Source: Vicugna vicugna (lineage: Eukaryota). Taken from it: DNA of 35,544 nucleotides. The position numbers and the translations under genes are program-made. Positions 23,771 through 35,544 of the stretch are shown in pieces; the first letter of the stretch is position 1; the number at the start of each line of letters is the position of its first letter. The notes under the pieces were generated by a model. It searched no databases, had not been told where the DNA came from, and was given only the letters and a program-made list of their open reading frames with translations. The DNA is taken from contig MU057578.1 in the NCBI GenBank assembly GCA_013265495.1, positions 19,114-54,657 on the forward strand, in the 5' to 3' direction.

Positions 23771-24507
23771 GACTGGTCTCCCAGCAAGTCAATTTTAACA
23801 TTCAGCCAGTGTTTACTTCTCATTCATCCAGTTAAAATGAAACTTATTTGATGCTTATTTTTATAGTGTGATCTGCAAATATTATCCCCACAAAATCTTT
23901 TTAAACAATTTAATTGTGGGGTCTATGAAATAAAACCAATCTCCATTCTTTTGTACAGATATTTATAACAGATTTGTGAACAGAGTATAAATAATGCACA
24001 AAATATATAAAATAATTTTAAGGTTTTGGAATTTAAAATGAAATTTTTGTAAAACCTGTACAGAAAATGTATATCTATTTCAATAACATTTGCAATTAAA
24101 GTGAAACTTAATTTGATTTGGAAATGGAAGTAGGTATTTATCTGTGTGCTCTACAATAAGTAGTTCTATATTCAAAACATAAGCAGAATAAATATCAGTT
24201 TATATGTATTGTATATAAATAAATGGTACATAATTATGAAATAAAATTAGATAAATATAATGAATCAAATTTAAGAAATCCCAAAGGGCATAATTTTTGT
24301 TTTAAATTGTAATTCAGTGCTATAAGTAAACAAAAGTAATTTAATATTCTATTCTAAAATTACAAAAGAGAAAATCTCATTTTATATTTACAAATGTTTA
24401 TTTTTGCCATTCTTTCACTCAGAGGTTTTTCAGTCCCTAGAAGGAATAAATTTTCTTGTCATCTTTATAATCCATACACTTGTGGCTTCTTTTAAGAGTT
24501 CCAAAAT

Positions 24508-24600
24508 GATGTTGATAAGTACACTCATGCACATGACCCTGGGTTCAATAAGCTGTGCCTCCATTAAGGGGCAAACAAACAATCAAAAACAAAAAAATAA
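24508..24600 (+). mobile_element. Short tRNA-derived SINE remnant (Vic-1-like?)
   Basis: B-box-like 'gaccctgggttcaat', then 'gcctccattaagggg' and an A-rich tail. The family assignment is from memory only. Confidence 0.45.
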
Positions 24601-25029
24601 CAGTATATGTGTGTTGGGGTTGAAAAGAAATTGTAATGCATTTTAGGAAGCAATATGTACCTCAGGCCTGAAACAGTTGACATTGTTAGTAAAATACGGC
24701 TTTTTAAGGCATGTGTTTCGTCCACTAAATGTAAATAATAGCTATGTGCTGTATCAGTAAACTGTAGTAAATCCAGTTCTACAAAAATTTATATTCTTTA
24801 TTTAGAAATAAATTCCATTAAACATAAGACAAATTCAAAATGAGGGGAAAAATTTATAAATAAATACATGTACACTCAAGCTAAAATGTAAATTTTTCTT
24901 TCAGTATGTGCACGTTGCATTCTAAATAAACATTAGCAACCTGAATTCATTGCATATTACAAGTATTATAAACTATAATTAAGAGGGATTTAGTCCTGAT
25001 TCATAAATATTACTTATCTTATGCAAAAC

Positions 25030-25690
25030 AATATATGTGGTACAATCCCTTAAATAGCAGAGTGTTCAAAAATAACAATCTCAAAATATGTAGGAAAATT
25101 ATTCACAGATCTGATCTTTACTTTTTTATAAAAATATTCTTAACAAATTAAATTTAAATAGAATGTAAGTAAACATAATAAAAGCCATATACAAAAAACC
25201 CATGACTAACATAAACATCAAGTTTTAACATACAGGAAAGTTTTCCTCTGGTCCAGTAATAAGGAAATATAGCTTATTCTCACAAGTACTAAATTGCACT
25301 ACTTGAAGTCCTAGCCAGAACAACTAGTAAAAAAAATATAAAAGGCATCCAATTTGTAAAAAAGCAGTAAAATTTTTACAGATGACATTTTTATGCATAG
25401 ATAGAAAATTCCACAGTATCCTCCAGTGACTATTACACATAATGAACATACTTAGTAAACTTGCAGAATACAAAATCAATATACAAATATCCTTTGCATT
25501 TTCATATAAAAACAACAAATCATCAGAAAGGGAAATTAGGAAAACAATTGTGTGTATATTTATACCAAAAAGAATAAACTAGGAATACATTTGTTAAGTG
25601 AAATAAAATATCTAAACATAGATCTATAAATTATAGGTGCAAGAAATATAAGAAAACAAAATAAATAGAAAGATATTCCCTTCTTATTTA
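25030..25690 (+). mobile_element. Old LINE-1 ORF2 (RT) fragment
   Basis: 'aaagccatatacaaaaaaccca', 'gaagtcctagccaga', 'aaaggcatccaa', 'cagatgaca' appear in L1 order. Confidence 0.8.
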
Positions 25691-25694
25691 TTGC

Positions 25695-26250
25695 ATACAA
25701 TGTGAGGAACTATTCTAATCTATCTTTTATATGTTCAATCTCCCCTGCACTACTTATTGAGGAGAAAGTCTATTCTTCATTTTATACTCTTGCCTCCATT
25801 TTCATGGGTTAATTGATCATAGGTGTGAGAGATTTTATCTGGTTCCTCAATTCTCTTCTATTGTTTGGTGTCTGTTTTTGAGCCAGTATCATGTTGTTAA
25901 AATTACTAAACATTGTTGGACTGTTTAACATCAGAGAACTTTACACTATTAAATTTAATACACTTTTTCAAGGTTATTTGGCAACTTATGATATTTGTGG
26001 TTACATATAAATTTTAAAATTATCTGTTCTATTAAATTGGAAAATCTCATGTGTACTTTGACATGAATCACACTAAATGTAGATTACTTTGGGCAGTATG
26101 GTTGTTTCAACCACATTGTTTCACATCATTAACATAAGAGATCTTCTCATTTCTTTGTATCAGTTTTAATTTCCTTCATCAATGTTTTCAATTTTTTAAC
26201 GTATATGTTTTCTCCTTATTTGTTAACTTCATTTCTATGTATTCTATTCA
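25695..26250 (-). mobile_element. Old LINE-1 ORF2 fragment, inverted relative to neighbours
   Basis: Plus-strand 'tttatactcttgcctcc...aattgatcataggtgtg', 'gtagattactttgggcagtatggttg'; followed by (TA)n at 26251-26283. Confidence 0.78.
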
Positions 26251-26289
26251 TATATATATATAATTATATATATTATATTTATAAACATG

Positions 26290-29200
26290 TTTCCTTCACA
26301 AATACAACAGGCAGAAGGCAGTGGCAAGTCATATTCAAAGTCCTGAATGAAAGAAAGCTGTAATCTAAGATAATTTATCAAGCAAAGCTATCCTTTAGTA
26401 TAGAAGGAGAGATAAATAACTTCCACAAAAGCAAATACTAAAACAATTTAGCAAAAGAAAAAGAAATAATGAATGATCTACTCTAAATAATAAAGAAGCA
26501 GGATGCTATAGAGAGGAGAAAGGCATAATTAGAAAGGCAATAATTACAATGTCTTACAATAAAATAAACATGATGTTGTAAAACAGGACACCAAAATTTT
26601 TAAGGATCAGAGAGTGAAACACGGCATTACAGAGTATTTTCTTCTTGTTTCTGTTCTCTAAAGGAGGGGTTAGAATTTGTTTTCCTATCAGTTAAAATAA
26701 AAAAGTTATAGTAATGTGTCAATATACATACAAAACAGGGAAACCATAAGTGAAAATCTTTCAATGAAGTCACAAAGACAAAAAGAAACCAAGATAATAA
26801 AAGAAAACATATCACGCCACAAAAAGAAAATGAACTGAACAAAAAGGAAAGACCAAATTAACTGGAAAATGAAGTTGAAAATGGAAATAAACAACAGTCA
26901 ATAAATAATTATCACAAATGTTAATGGACTCAGTGCTTCAATTAAAAGATATATATTGTCAGATGGGATAATATAACAAGACCTTTCATTATGAAGCATA
27001 CAAGAGTCCCACTTTAATAAGAGGAAAACATATTAATTGAAAGTCAGAAGATGGAAAAATTTATTCCATGCAAAAGGACATGATAAGAAAGCAGTACTGC
27101 TAGTTACTGACTTCACACAAAATAGACTTTACAACAAAAGGCCATAGAGAAAGATAAACAAGGACATGATATAATGATTAAAGGAGCAATAAAAACTGAG
27201 GGTATTAAACTCATTAATATATATGCACTCAATATAGGAGCACCTAAATACATAAAGTAAATACTAATAGATAAAAAAGGAGAAATGGATGGGAACATAA
27301 TAACAGTAGGAGACTATAACTCCCCATTACCATCACTAGACTGGCCTTTCAGACTGAAAATTAAAAAGGGAAGAAAGATACAAAAAGATACTATAAAATA
27401 ATTGGAGTTTGTTGATATTTTCAAACACTACTCTTCCCCAAAACAGAATATACATTCTTTTCTAGTTCACATGGAATATTTTCTAGGAAATATTATGTAC
27501 TCATTCACAGAAGAAGCTTCAACAAATTTAAGAAGATAAAACTTATTTCAAGCATCTTTTCTGAGTATAATAACATGAAACAAAATTTCTTCACAGAAAA
27601 AGAGGGAGAGAAAATTACAGCATGTAAATTAAACACCATGGTACTATAAAAAGTGGGGGAGGTGAAGAATTTAAAGGAGAAATTAAAAAATATCTTGAGA
27701 AATATGTCAAAACACTACACAAAATTTATGGAATACAGTTAAAACAGGCTTAAGAAGGAAGTTCATAGTGAGAATGCCCTCCTCAAAGTAGAAGAGCAAC
27801 TTCAACTAAATAATCTAACATTCTATGTAAACTAATCATGAACGAAGAGCAAACAAAACCAAAAGTCAGCAGAAAGTCAGAAATAAGAATGATCAAGAAA
27901 GAAATAATTGAAATATACATTAAAAAANNNNNNNNNNNNNNNNNNNNNNNNNNNNNNNNNNNNNGTAAACATAAAAAACTATGGACAGGCTCATCAACAA
28001 GAAAAGAGAACGAACACAAATAATATATGAAATGAAAATGGAGAAACTAAAAAGAGTAGCACAAATTTGCATAATATCATAAGAGAATACCATGAGGAAC
28101 TGTATGGAATCAAACTGGATAACCAGGAAGTAATAGAGAAGTTTTTGGAAACATTCAGCCCACCAAAATTTCATCAAGAAGAAATTAACCATTTGAACAG
28201 ACAGATCACCAGAAGTGGAATAGAATTATCAATAAAATAAAGATTCTCTGCAAACAAAAATTCAGACTCAAATAGCTTCACTGGGGTAATGACCAAACAT
28301 ACAAAGAAAAATCCATACCAGTCCTCCTCAAACTCTTCCAAAAGGTTGATATGGAGAGAGTACTCACTCACACTGTCAACATTAACCTGTTACCAAAACC
28401 AGACAAAGACACTACCTCAAGAGAAAACTATAGGCCAATATCATTGTTAAACATAGATGTAAATGTCCTTAAGAAAGTATTAACGAACAGAATCCAACAG
28501 CGTGTAAAAAAGATCATACACCATGGTCAAGTTAGGCTCATCCCAGGAACACAAGGATGGTTTCACTTATGCAAATCAATCAATAAATTGTGATACACCA
28601 TACCAATAGCAGAGAGGACAAAAAACCACATGATCATCTCAGTAGATGTAGAGAAAGCACTTGATAAAAATTAACACCTATTTGCAATAAAAGTTCTTCT
28701 CACAGTGTGCATAGAGGGACCATATCTCAACATAATTAAAGCTATTTTTGACAAACTTATAGCCAGCAAAATGCTCAATGGTGAAAAACTGAAACGCTTC
28801 CCACAAAAACCTGAGACAAAACAAGGTTGCTCATTCTCACAATTTCAATTCAATATAGTATTGGAATTCCTAGCCACAATGATCAGGCAAGGAAAATAAG
28901 TAAACTATAGAGAATGGAAAACTGGAAAAGAAGAGATAAAATTGTCATGGTATGCCAACATGACACTATATATAGAAAACTGTAAAAGCTTCACAAAAAA
29001 TTACTTAGGCTGAAAAAGGAACTGGGAAATGTAGAGTGACTAATGTACAAAAAAAATGCATTTCTCTACACTAACATTGAATCAACAGGAAAACAAAGTA
29101 TAGAGTCAACCGCTTTTATAACTGCAGCCAAAACTATAAAATGCTTAATAATACATCTGACAAAGGAGGTGAATGGATTACATATGGAGAACTAGAAAAC

Positions 29201-31035
29201 ACTGATTGAGGAAATCAAAAAAGATTTGAAGAATTGAAAAGATACCCTATGGTCTCGTAATGGAAGCAACAAATTGGTTAAAATGGTCATACTGCCCAAG
29301 GAAATCCCCAGGCTTAATGTGATTTCCTATCAAATTATGCAAAACTTTTCTTTTTGGGACTGAAACAAATGATCCTAAGATTTAAGTCATAATAGTAATA
29401 TCCAAAGCAATATTAACCAAAAAGAAAGAGGCTGGAGGAATAAACCACCAGGTCTCCATAAACTATTGAAGACCTACAATAATCAAAATGACATGATATT
29501 GGTACAGAAAAAGGCATACGGACCAATGAAACAGAATAGAAGGCCTAGGAATAAATCTACAGGCCTATGTCCTATTAATCTTTGACAGAGTAGCCAAGAA
29601 TATGACAGAGAAAAGACCATCTCTTCACCAACTGGTGTTGGGAAAAGTAGATACCAGCATCAGACCAATGGAGTTAGCACAATCCTTCACTCCATACACA
29701 AGAATAAACACAAAATGACTTGAAGACTTAAATGTAAGGCAAGACACAGTAAATCTCCTAGAAGTAAACATAGGCAAAACACTCTGAGATAAATCTCAGC
29801 AATGATCTCCTAGAACAGCCTACCCAGATAATGGATGTGAGAGCAAAATTAATAAATGGGACCTAATTAAACTTATAAGATTTTGCACAGCAAAGGGAAC
29901 CATAAACAAAGCAAAATGACAACTTATAGGATTAAAGAAAATATTTAGAAGTGATGCAACTGACAAAGTCTTAATTTCTAAAATATAAAGACTTCATACA
30001 ATGTAATAATAATAAAAAAACCAAAGAAACCCAATCTTAAAATGGGCAGAATCCCTAAACAAGCAATTCTCCAATAAAGAAATACAAATACCACATAAAT
30101 ATATGAAAAAAAATTTGCTCACTATCATTATCAGAGAAGGGCTATACAAAATTATAATGAAGTATCACCTCACAATAGTCACAATGGCAATCATTCAAAA
30201 TTCCACAAACATTAAGTGCTGGGGTAGCTGTGGAGAAAGGGGACTCTCCTTCACTGTTGGAAGGAAAGTAGATTGGTGCAGTCATTGTGGAAACCAGAAT
30301 GGGGATTTCTCAAAAGAAAAAAAATGAACTTAACCTACGATCCAGCAATCACACTTCTGGGTATATATCAAAGGGAACCCTCATTCAAAATGTCACCTGC
30401 ACCCCAATGGTATTAGCAGTGCTATATACAACATCCACGACATGGAAGGAACCTAACTGTCCAACAATAGATGAGAGTATTCAGAAGTTATGCCGTATTT
30501 ACACAATGGAATAATATTCTGCAATAAACAATGATAAAACAATGACATTTGCAGCAAAATTGATGTCCCCAAAAAGTGTCATTCTAATTGAAGAAAGCCA
30601 GAAATAGAAAGAAAAATAATATATGACATGACATATGAGGAACTTCAAAAAAAAATTTGGATGTGAACACTATGATTTCCTCTACAAAAGTGAAACACAC
30701 TCACAGATCTACTAAACAATTTTATGATTATTGCGGAAAGGGGCTATGAGAGGATATATTTGGGATCTGTATATTCATAAATTTTTTTCACTATACATAA
30801 AAATAGATTTTTTCTAAATTTCTGTTTTATGACTGAGGGCAGTAAGTTAAATATTGTGAAGTAATGTTTAATAGGCACACAAATATATGCATGCACGGGG
30901 ACAATGTGTAATACACCACAGATTGACACATTGTAAATGGCAGTACTTCAATGATAAATAAATGAATAAATATGTAAATAAATAAATTAAATAAATAAAT
31001 AAATAATAACTAAATAAAAATATTTAATAATAAAT
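26290..31035 (+). mobile_element. 5'-truncated LINE-1 (ORF1 C-terminus, spacer, complete but disrupted ORF2, 3' UTR, (TAAA)n tail)
   Basis: ORF1 end at 26300-26490 and ORF2 start 'atggaaataaac' at 26881. ORFs 28351-28593 (LLPKPDKDTTSRENYRPISLLNID...PGTQGWF), 28705-28899, 30103-30327 and 30287-30514 are ORF2p pieces. Tail at 30950-31035. Confidence 0.93.
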
Positions 31036-31039
31036 GAAA

Positions 31040-32075
31040 TACAAATATTCACACTACTTAATTTCACACCTCAAGGATCTAGGAGAAAACAGAAAGAATA
31101 TAGAAGAAAACTGAATGAATAAGAGTAAGGCAAATAACCAGAGAAACAATTGAAAAGATAAAAGAAAAACCTAAGTCTGTTTCTTTTAAACATAAACTGG
31201 ACAAACGTTTAGGTTGGCAAAGAAAATAAAGACTCAAATAAAATTAGAAATAAAAGAGAAGATATTACCACTGATGTTGTAGAGATGCAAAGCGTCTTAA
31301 GAAATTACCACTAGCCAACGAATTGAATGACNNNNNNNNNNNNNNNNNNNNNNNNNNNNNNNNNNNNNNNNNNNNNNNNNNNNNNNNNNNNNNNNNNNNN
31401 NNNNNNNNNNNNNNNNNNNNNNNNNNNNNNNNNNNNNNNNNNNNNNNNNNNNNNNNNNNNNNNNNNNNNNNNNNNNNNNNNNNNNNNNNNNNNNNNNNNN
31501 NNNNNNNNNNNNNNNNNNNNNNNNNNNNNNNNNNNNNNNNNNNNNNNNNNNNNNNNNNNNNNNNNNNNNNNNNNNNNNNNNNNNNNNNNNNNNNNNNNNN
31601 NNNNNNNNNNNNNNNNNNGTGCCAAAATTCAAAACACAAGCAAAATGAATTTAACAACACATTTAATGTATCATAAACATACATGAGTAAAGGGATTTAT
31701 CCCTGGGTTTAAGGATACTTCAAAATATTCAAATCAATACAATANNNNNNNNNNNNNNGCTTTATTTGATTAGCAAGCAAGAAAGGACATTATATGCAAA
31801 ATATAGAATATTATCCCTGATGAACATATGTGCCAAAATTCTCAACAAAACACAAGCAAAATGAATTTAACAACACATTTAATGTATCATAAACATACAT
31901 GAGTAAAGGGATTTATCCCTGGGTTTAAGGATACTTCAAAATATTCAAATCAATAAAGGTGACATGCCACACTAATAGAATAAGTAAAAGAATTCACATA
32001 AACATCTCAACACGTGCAGAAAGTGCATTATATATAATGCAACATTCTTTTAAGATACTCCCAACAAATTAAATT
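31040..32075 (+). mobile_element. Old LINE-1 ORF2 fragment spanning gaps
   Basis: 'gactcaaataaaattagaaataaaagagaagatattaccactgat', 'tatccctgatgaacatatgtgccaaaattctcaacaaaa'. Confidence 0.8.
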
Positions 32076-32080
32076 AACCC

Positions 32081-32524
32081 TGTCAGTGGCACGATATCAT
32101 ATACAAACAAACACTGTGTGGAGAGCAGTGGAGCAGTTCTCTTTTTATTGATTCTTAGAAAAAGGGTTTATAGAGGACATGCACAATGCCTCACATATAA
32201 TCTAAGTTATAACAATGTTAATAATCTTAAGCTATTTATGTCCCCATGCTCCAGCAGAAAGCGCAGGTTATTAAATGATCAAGGATTGTTTTAAATTTCA
32301 TCACGGAACTTCATTAATTAGGCCATCTCTTAACCAGACGGCTCTGCTTGACTTAGGATGTCCTCCTGTGAGGATCTTACCCAGCATAAGCTATCCAGCC
32401 GCCCATACTGGATACATTGAGTAGGCCATTTCTTATCCAGCCTGGATATGTGACATTCCTCACAGCTTGTTTATCAGTTCAGCCCATGGGCTTATTCTCT
32501 AGAGCCTTCAGACAGGGGCCTACA
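32081..32524 (-). mobile_element. Solo endogenous retrovirus LTR (444 bp) with 5-bp TSD
   Basis: TG...CA termini; AACCC on both flanks (32076-32080, 32525-32529). On the minus strand, TATAAA at 32172-32167 is followed by AATAAA at 32149-32144. It interrupts an L1 3' fragment that resumes at 32525-32585. Confidence 0.85.
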
Positions 32525-32589
32525 AACCCAACATCCCTTGACAGAAAAATGGATGAAGAAAATTTGATGTATATATGCAGTGGAATCAA

Positions 32590-33135
32590 TACTTTGCATT
32601 CCTATCAACAGTGTCCACGGTGTAATATTTCTCCATAATCTCACCAACATCTATTTCTTTTCTTTTTGATGAGAGCCTTCTGACAAGTGTGAGGTCTTGT
32701 CTCATTTTTGGTTTATAACTTTCTTAAAAATTTATAACTCTGAAAATATTTTCATGTGTCATTTAGCCAACTCTATGTTTTCTACAGATAATTGATTCAG
32801 ATTGATCTATTCAGTTCCAATGGACTTTTTTTTTGAATGGATTGTTTGGTCTTTTTTGTTGTTGTTGTGTGAGTTTGCCCTGTATTTTGGATATTAACAC
32901 TTGATTGGAAAATATCACTTGAAAATATGTTCTACCATTGTGTTGGTTGACTGTTCATTTTATTGATCATTTCTTCTGCAGAGTAAATCTGTTTATTGTG
33001 ACACAATCATATTTTCTTAGTTTAACTGCTGCTTCCCATGCCAGAGGAAACATTTGCAGAAACAAATTAAGTCCAATATCAGAGTGTACTTCTTATATTT
33101 TACCCAAGGATTCTTTAATTTTAGGTTTTATATTT
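32590..33135 (-). mobile_element. LINE-1 ORF2 C-terminal fragment
   Basis: 'tttgcattcctatcaacagtg', 'ttctgacaagtgtgagg', 'tgtattttggatattaac'. Confidence 0.75.
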
Positions 33136-33137
33136 TA

Positions 33138-35544
33138 TATGCCCAGGAGTGAGACTGCTGTGTCATGTGATAAGTCTATATTTATTATTTAAAGGAACTT
33201 CCATACTGTTTCCAAAGTTGTTTCACCAATTTTGATTCCCACAAAGATTGTTGGAGAGTCCCTTTTACTCCACAATCTCCCCAGTCTTTATTATTTTTAG
33301 ACATTTGGATGACAGCCCTTCTCCCTATTGTGAGGTAAATCAGTATTTTACTTTTGTCTTGCCTTTGTATAATGATTAGCAATGTGAACACATTTTTATG
33401 TTTTTGTTTGTCATCTATGTGTCTTTTTTAGGGAATTGTCTTCTGCTCATTTTCTGGCTGAGTTGTTTGTAGATTTTTGAAATGGTGTTGTATGAACTAT
33501 TTGTGTATTTTAGAAATTAGCCACTTTTTGATTGCATTGTTACCTAATGGTTTCTCCCATTTGGAAGTTCATCTTTTCATTTTGTTTATTTTGCTGTTTA
33601 GAAGCTTTTAAGTTTATTTAGGACCTATTTGTTTATTTTACCTTTATTGTTTCAGCTTGGGAGTGTGACATAAGAAAATTTTGCTACAATTATTGTTTTG
33701 TTTTGCCTATGTTAGATTCCAGAAGTTTTATTGTGTCATGTATTAGATTCAGATATTTAAAACATTTTGAATTTATTCTTGTACAATGTGAGGGATTTTT
33801 CTAATTTCATTAATTTACATGTAGCTGTCTAGCTTTCTCAACATCACTTGCTGAAATCTGTCTTTAAGGCATTGTATATTTTTTTTTCCTTTGTCATGGT
33901 TTAGTTGACCATAGTTGTGATGTTTTATTTCTGCCTCAGTGCTCTGTTCCAGTGATATAGATGTTTGTTTGTTTTCCAGTATTGTGCTGTTTTGATTACT
34001 GTATTTTTCTCATATATTCTGAGATCTGGGAGAGTTATGGGTTATGCCTCCAACATTGTTCTTTTTCCTCATTCTTCCTTTTCAGTTCTAGTTCTTTTGC
34101 AGTTCCATACAAATCATAGAACTGATTTAGTTCTGTGGAAAATATCATGTATTTCGATCTGAATCACTTTATATCTGTAGACATATTTTGTAGCATGTAT
34201 AATTTAACAATATTAATTCCTCTAAACTAAGAACTTGAGATTTCTTTCCATTTCTTTGTATCATCTTTAAATTTCTTTATCAGTGTCCTATAGAATTTAT
34301 TATCTTGGATTTTCCATAGGTTTTTCATTTTTTGATCGGATTTCATATAGATATTTTATAATTATGGAATATTTCATTGTTAGTGTAAAGAAATGTATCT
34401 GTTTTTGTATATTAATCATGAATCATGCTACTTTGCTAAATGTCTTTATTAGTTTTAGTTGTTCTGGTGTGGAGAATCTTTAGGGATCTCTATATAGTTT
34501 ATCATGTCATCTAAAATAGTAACAGTTTTACTTCATTCAATCCAACTTGAATAAATTTTTTTTCTTCTCTGATTGCTGTTGCTAGGACTTCCCATACTGT
34601 GTATAACAGAAATGGTGATATTGGGCATCCTTGTCTTATTCCTTAATTTGACTTTCAGTTATTCACTTTTGCATATTATACTGTCTGTGTGTTTGTAAGT
34701 TATGACTTTAGTTATGTTGAGATATATTTCCTGAATCCTACTTTGGTAAGAGTTTTCTGTTGTTGCTGTTGTTGTTGTTGTTGTTCTTGTTGCTGTTGTT
34801 GCTGTTTTAATGAATAAATGTTGAATTTTTTGAAATACTTTTTATGAATTTATTGGGATGACCACGTCTTTTTCTCTTTTCCTTTTGTTAATGTGGTTTA
34901 TCAAACTGATTGATTTGTGTATGTTGAAATCCTCTTGTGACCCTACAATTAATCCAAGTTGATCATGGTGTATGATTCATTTTTGGTATTGCTGGATTTA
35001 GTTTGCTAATAATACTTCGTATAATTTTTNNNNNNNNNNNNNNNNNNNNNNNNNNNNNNNNNNNNNNNNNNNNNNNNNNNNNNNNNNNNNNNNNNNNNNN
35101 NNNNNNNNNNNNNNNNNNNNNNNNNNTGTATTTTTGTTCTCCACAGGATTTGTTTAAATATGCACTTCTATTTAAAGATTTTTTTAAATGCAGTTACTTT
35201 CTTCTAGTAACCTTTTTTCAAATTATTTTTTTCTCCTTATTTCTGTCCTGTCNNNNNNNNNNNNNNNNNNNNNNNNNNNNNNNNNNNNNNNNNNNNNNNN
35301 NNNNNNNNNNNNNNNNNNNNNNNNNNNNNNNNNNNNNNNNNNNNNNNNNNNNNNNNNNNNNNNNNNNNNNNNNNNNNNNNNNNNNNNNNNNNNNNNNNNN
35401 NNNNNNNNNNNNNNNTATCTTAAAAAGAAAAAAAATCTTTGGTTTTACTGCTCTTTTGCATAGTTTTCTTTTTCTCTCTAATGTATACTTACACCTGTAA
35501 TATTTAGGTTAATGTTTTTTAATTTTTTTAAGTTTTCTTTTCTT
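33138..35544 (-). mobile_element. Old LINE-1 ORF2 fragment, paralogue of the element at 1-1550
   Basis: ORF 33185-33391 (WGDCGVKGTL...KLVKQLWK) is the Cys-rich region; the sequence continues into RT and off the right edge. Confidence 0.88.
33972..35252 (+). repeat. Diverged direct duplicate of window positions 1-~1485
   Basis: Collinear at offset ~33971; 7 mismatches in 140 nt for 401-540 vs 34375-34514. Shared unusual features include 'tcctctaaactaaga', a shared internal deletion and a GTT tract at the same site. Confidence 0.88.

Larger units (their letters stand above)
5383..35415. other. Assembly gaps: 5383-5486, 14364-14771, 14898-14910, 27928-27964, 31332-31618, 31745-31758, 35030-35126, 35253-35415
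   Basis: Runs of N, typical of a short-read scaffold. Confidence 0.99.

Noticed and set aside
23528..23823. ORFs 23528-23716 (+) and 23599-23823 (-) overlapping the HSFY start
   Set aside because: Short, with no homology recognised. The minus one would be an out-of-frame upstream ORF starting beyond the probable TSS.
31619..31955. Near-identical repeat 31619-31739 vs 31830-31955 (5-nt indel)
   Set aside because: The first copy is an island between two N-gaps and out of L1 order; most likely a gap-filling artefact.

Overview
Mammalian, AT-rich, roughly 80% LINE-1 draft sequence with eight N-gaps. The only recognisable host gene is a two-exon HSFY (heat-shock transcription factor, Y-linked) copy on the minus strand (21953-23624). 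It is a pseudogene: exon 1 has two frameshifts and three in-frame stops, and exon 2 has a stop in its second codon. The remaining 228 codons of exon 2 are open and CpG-retaining. The two window ends (1-~1485 and 33972-35252) are diverged paralogues, suggesting one ~34-kb unit of an old tandem or ampliconic HSFY array. HSFY plus extreme L1 density points to the male-specific Y. L1 3' UTR style and a tRNA-SINE remnant suggest a cetartiodactyl, possibly a camelid (from memory, unverified). Other elements are a near full-length dead L1 (1555-7767, -), many nested L1 fragments, a solo LTR with a 5-bp TSD (32081-32524), a probable ERVL-class LTR remnant and microsatellites. I see no convincing novel biological system; the best leads are the mosaic decay of HSFY and the amplicon architecture. 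Repeat boundaries are by eye and approximate.
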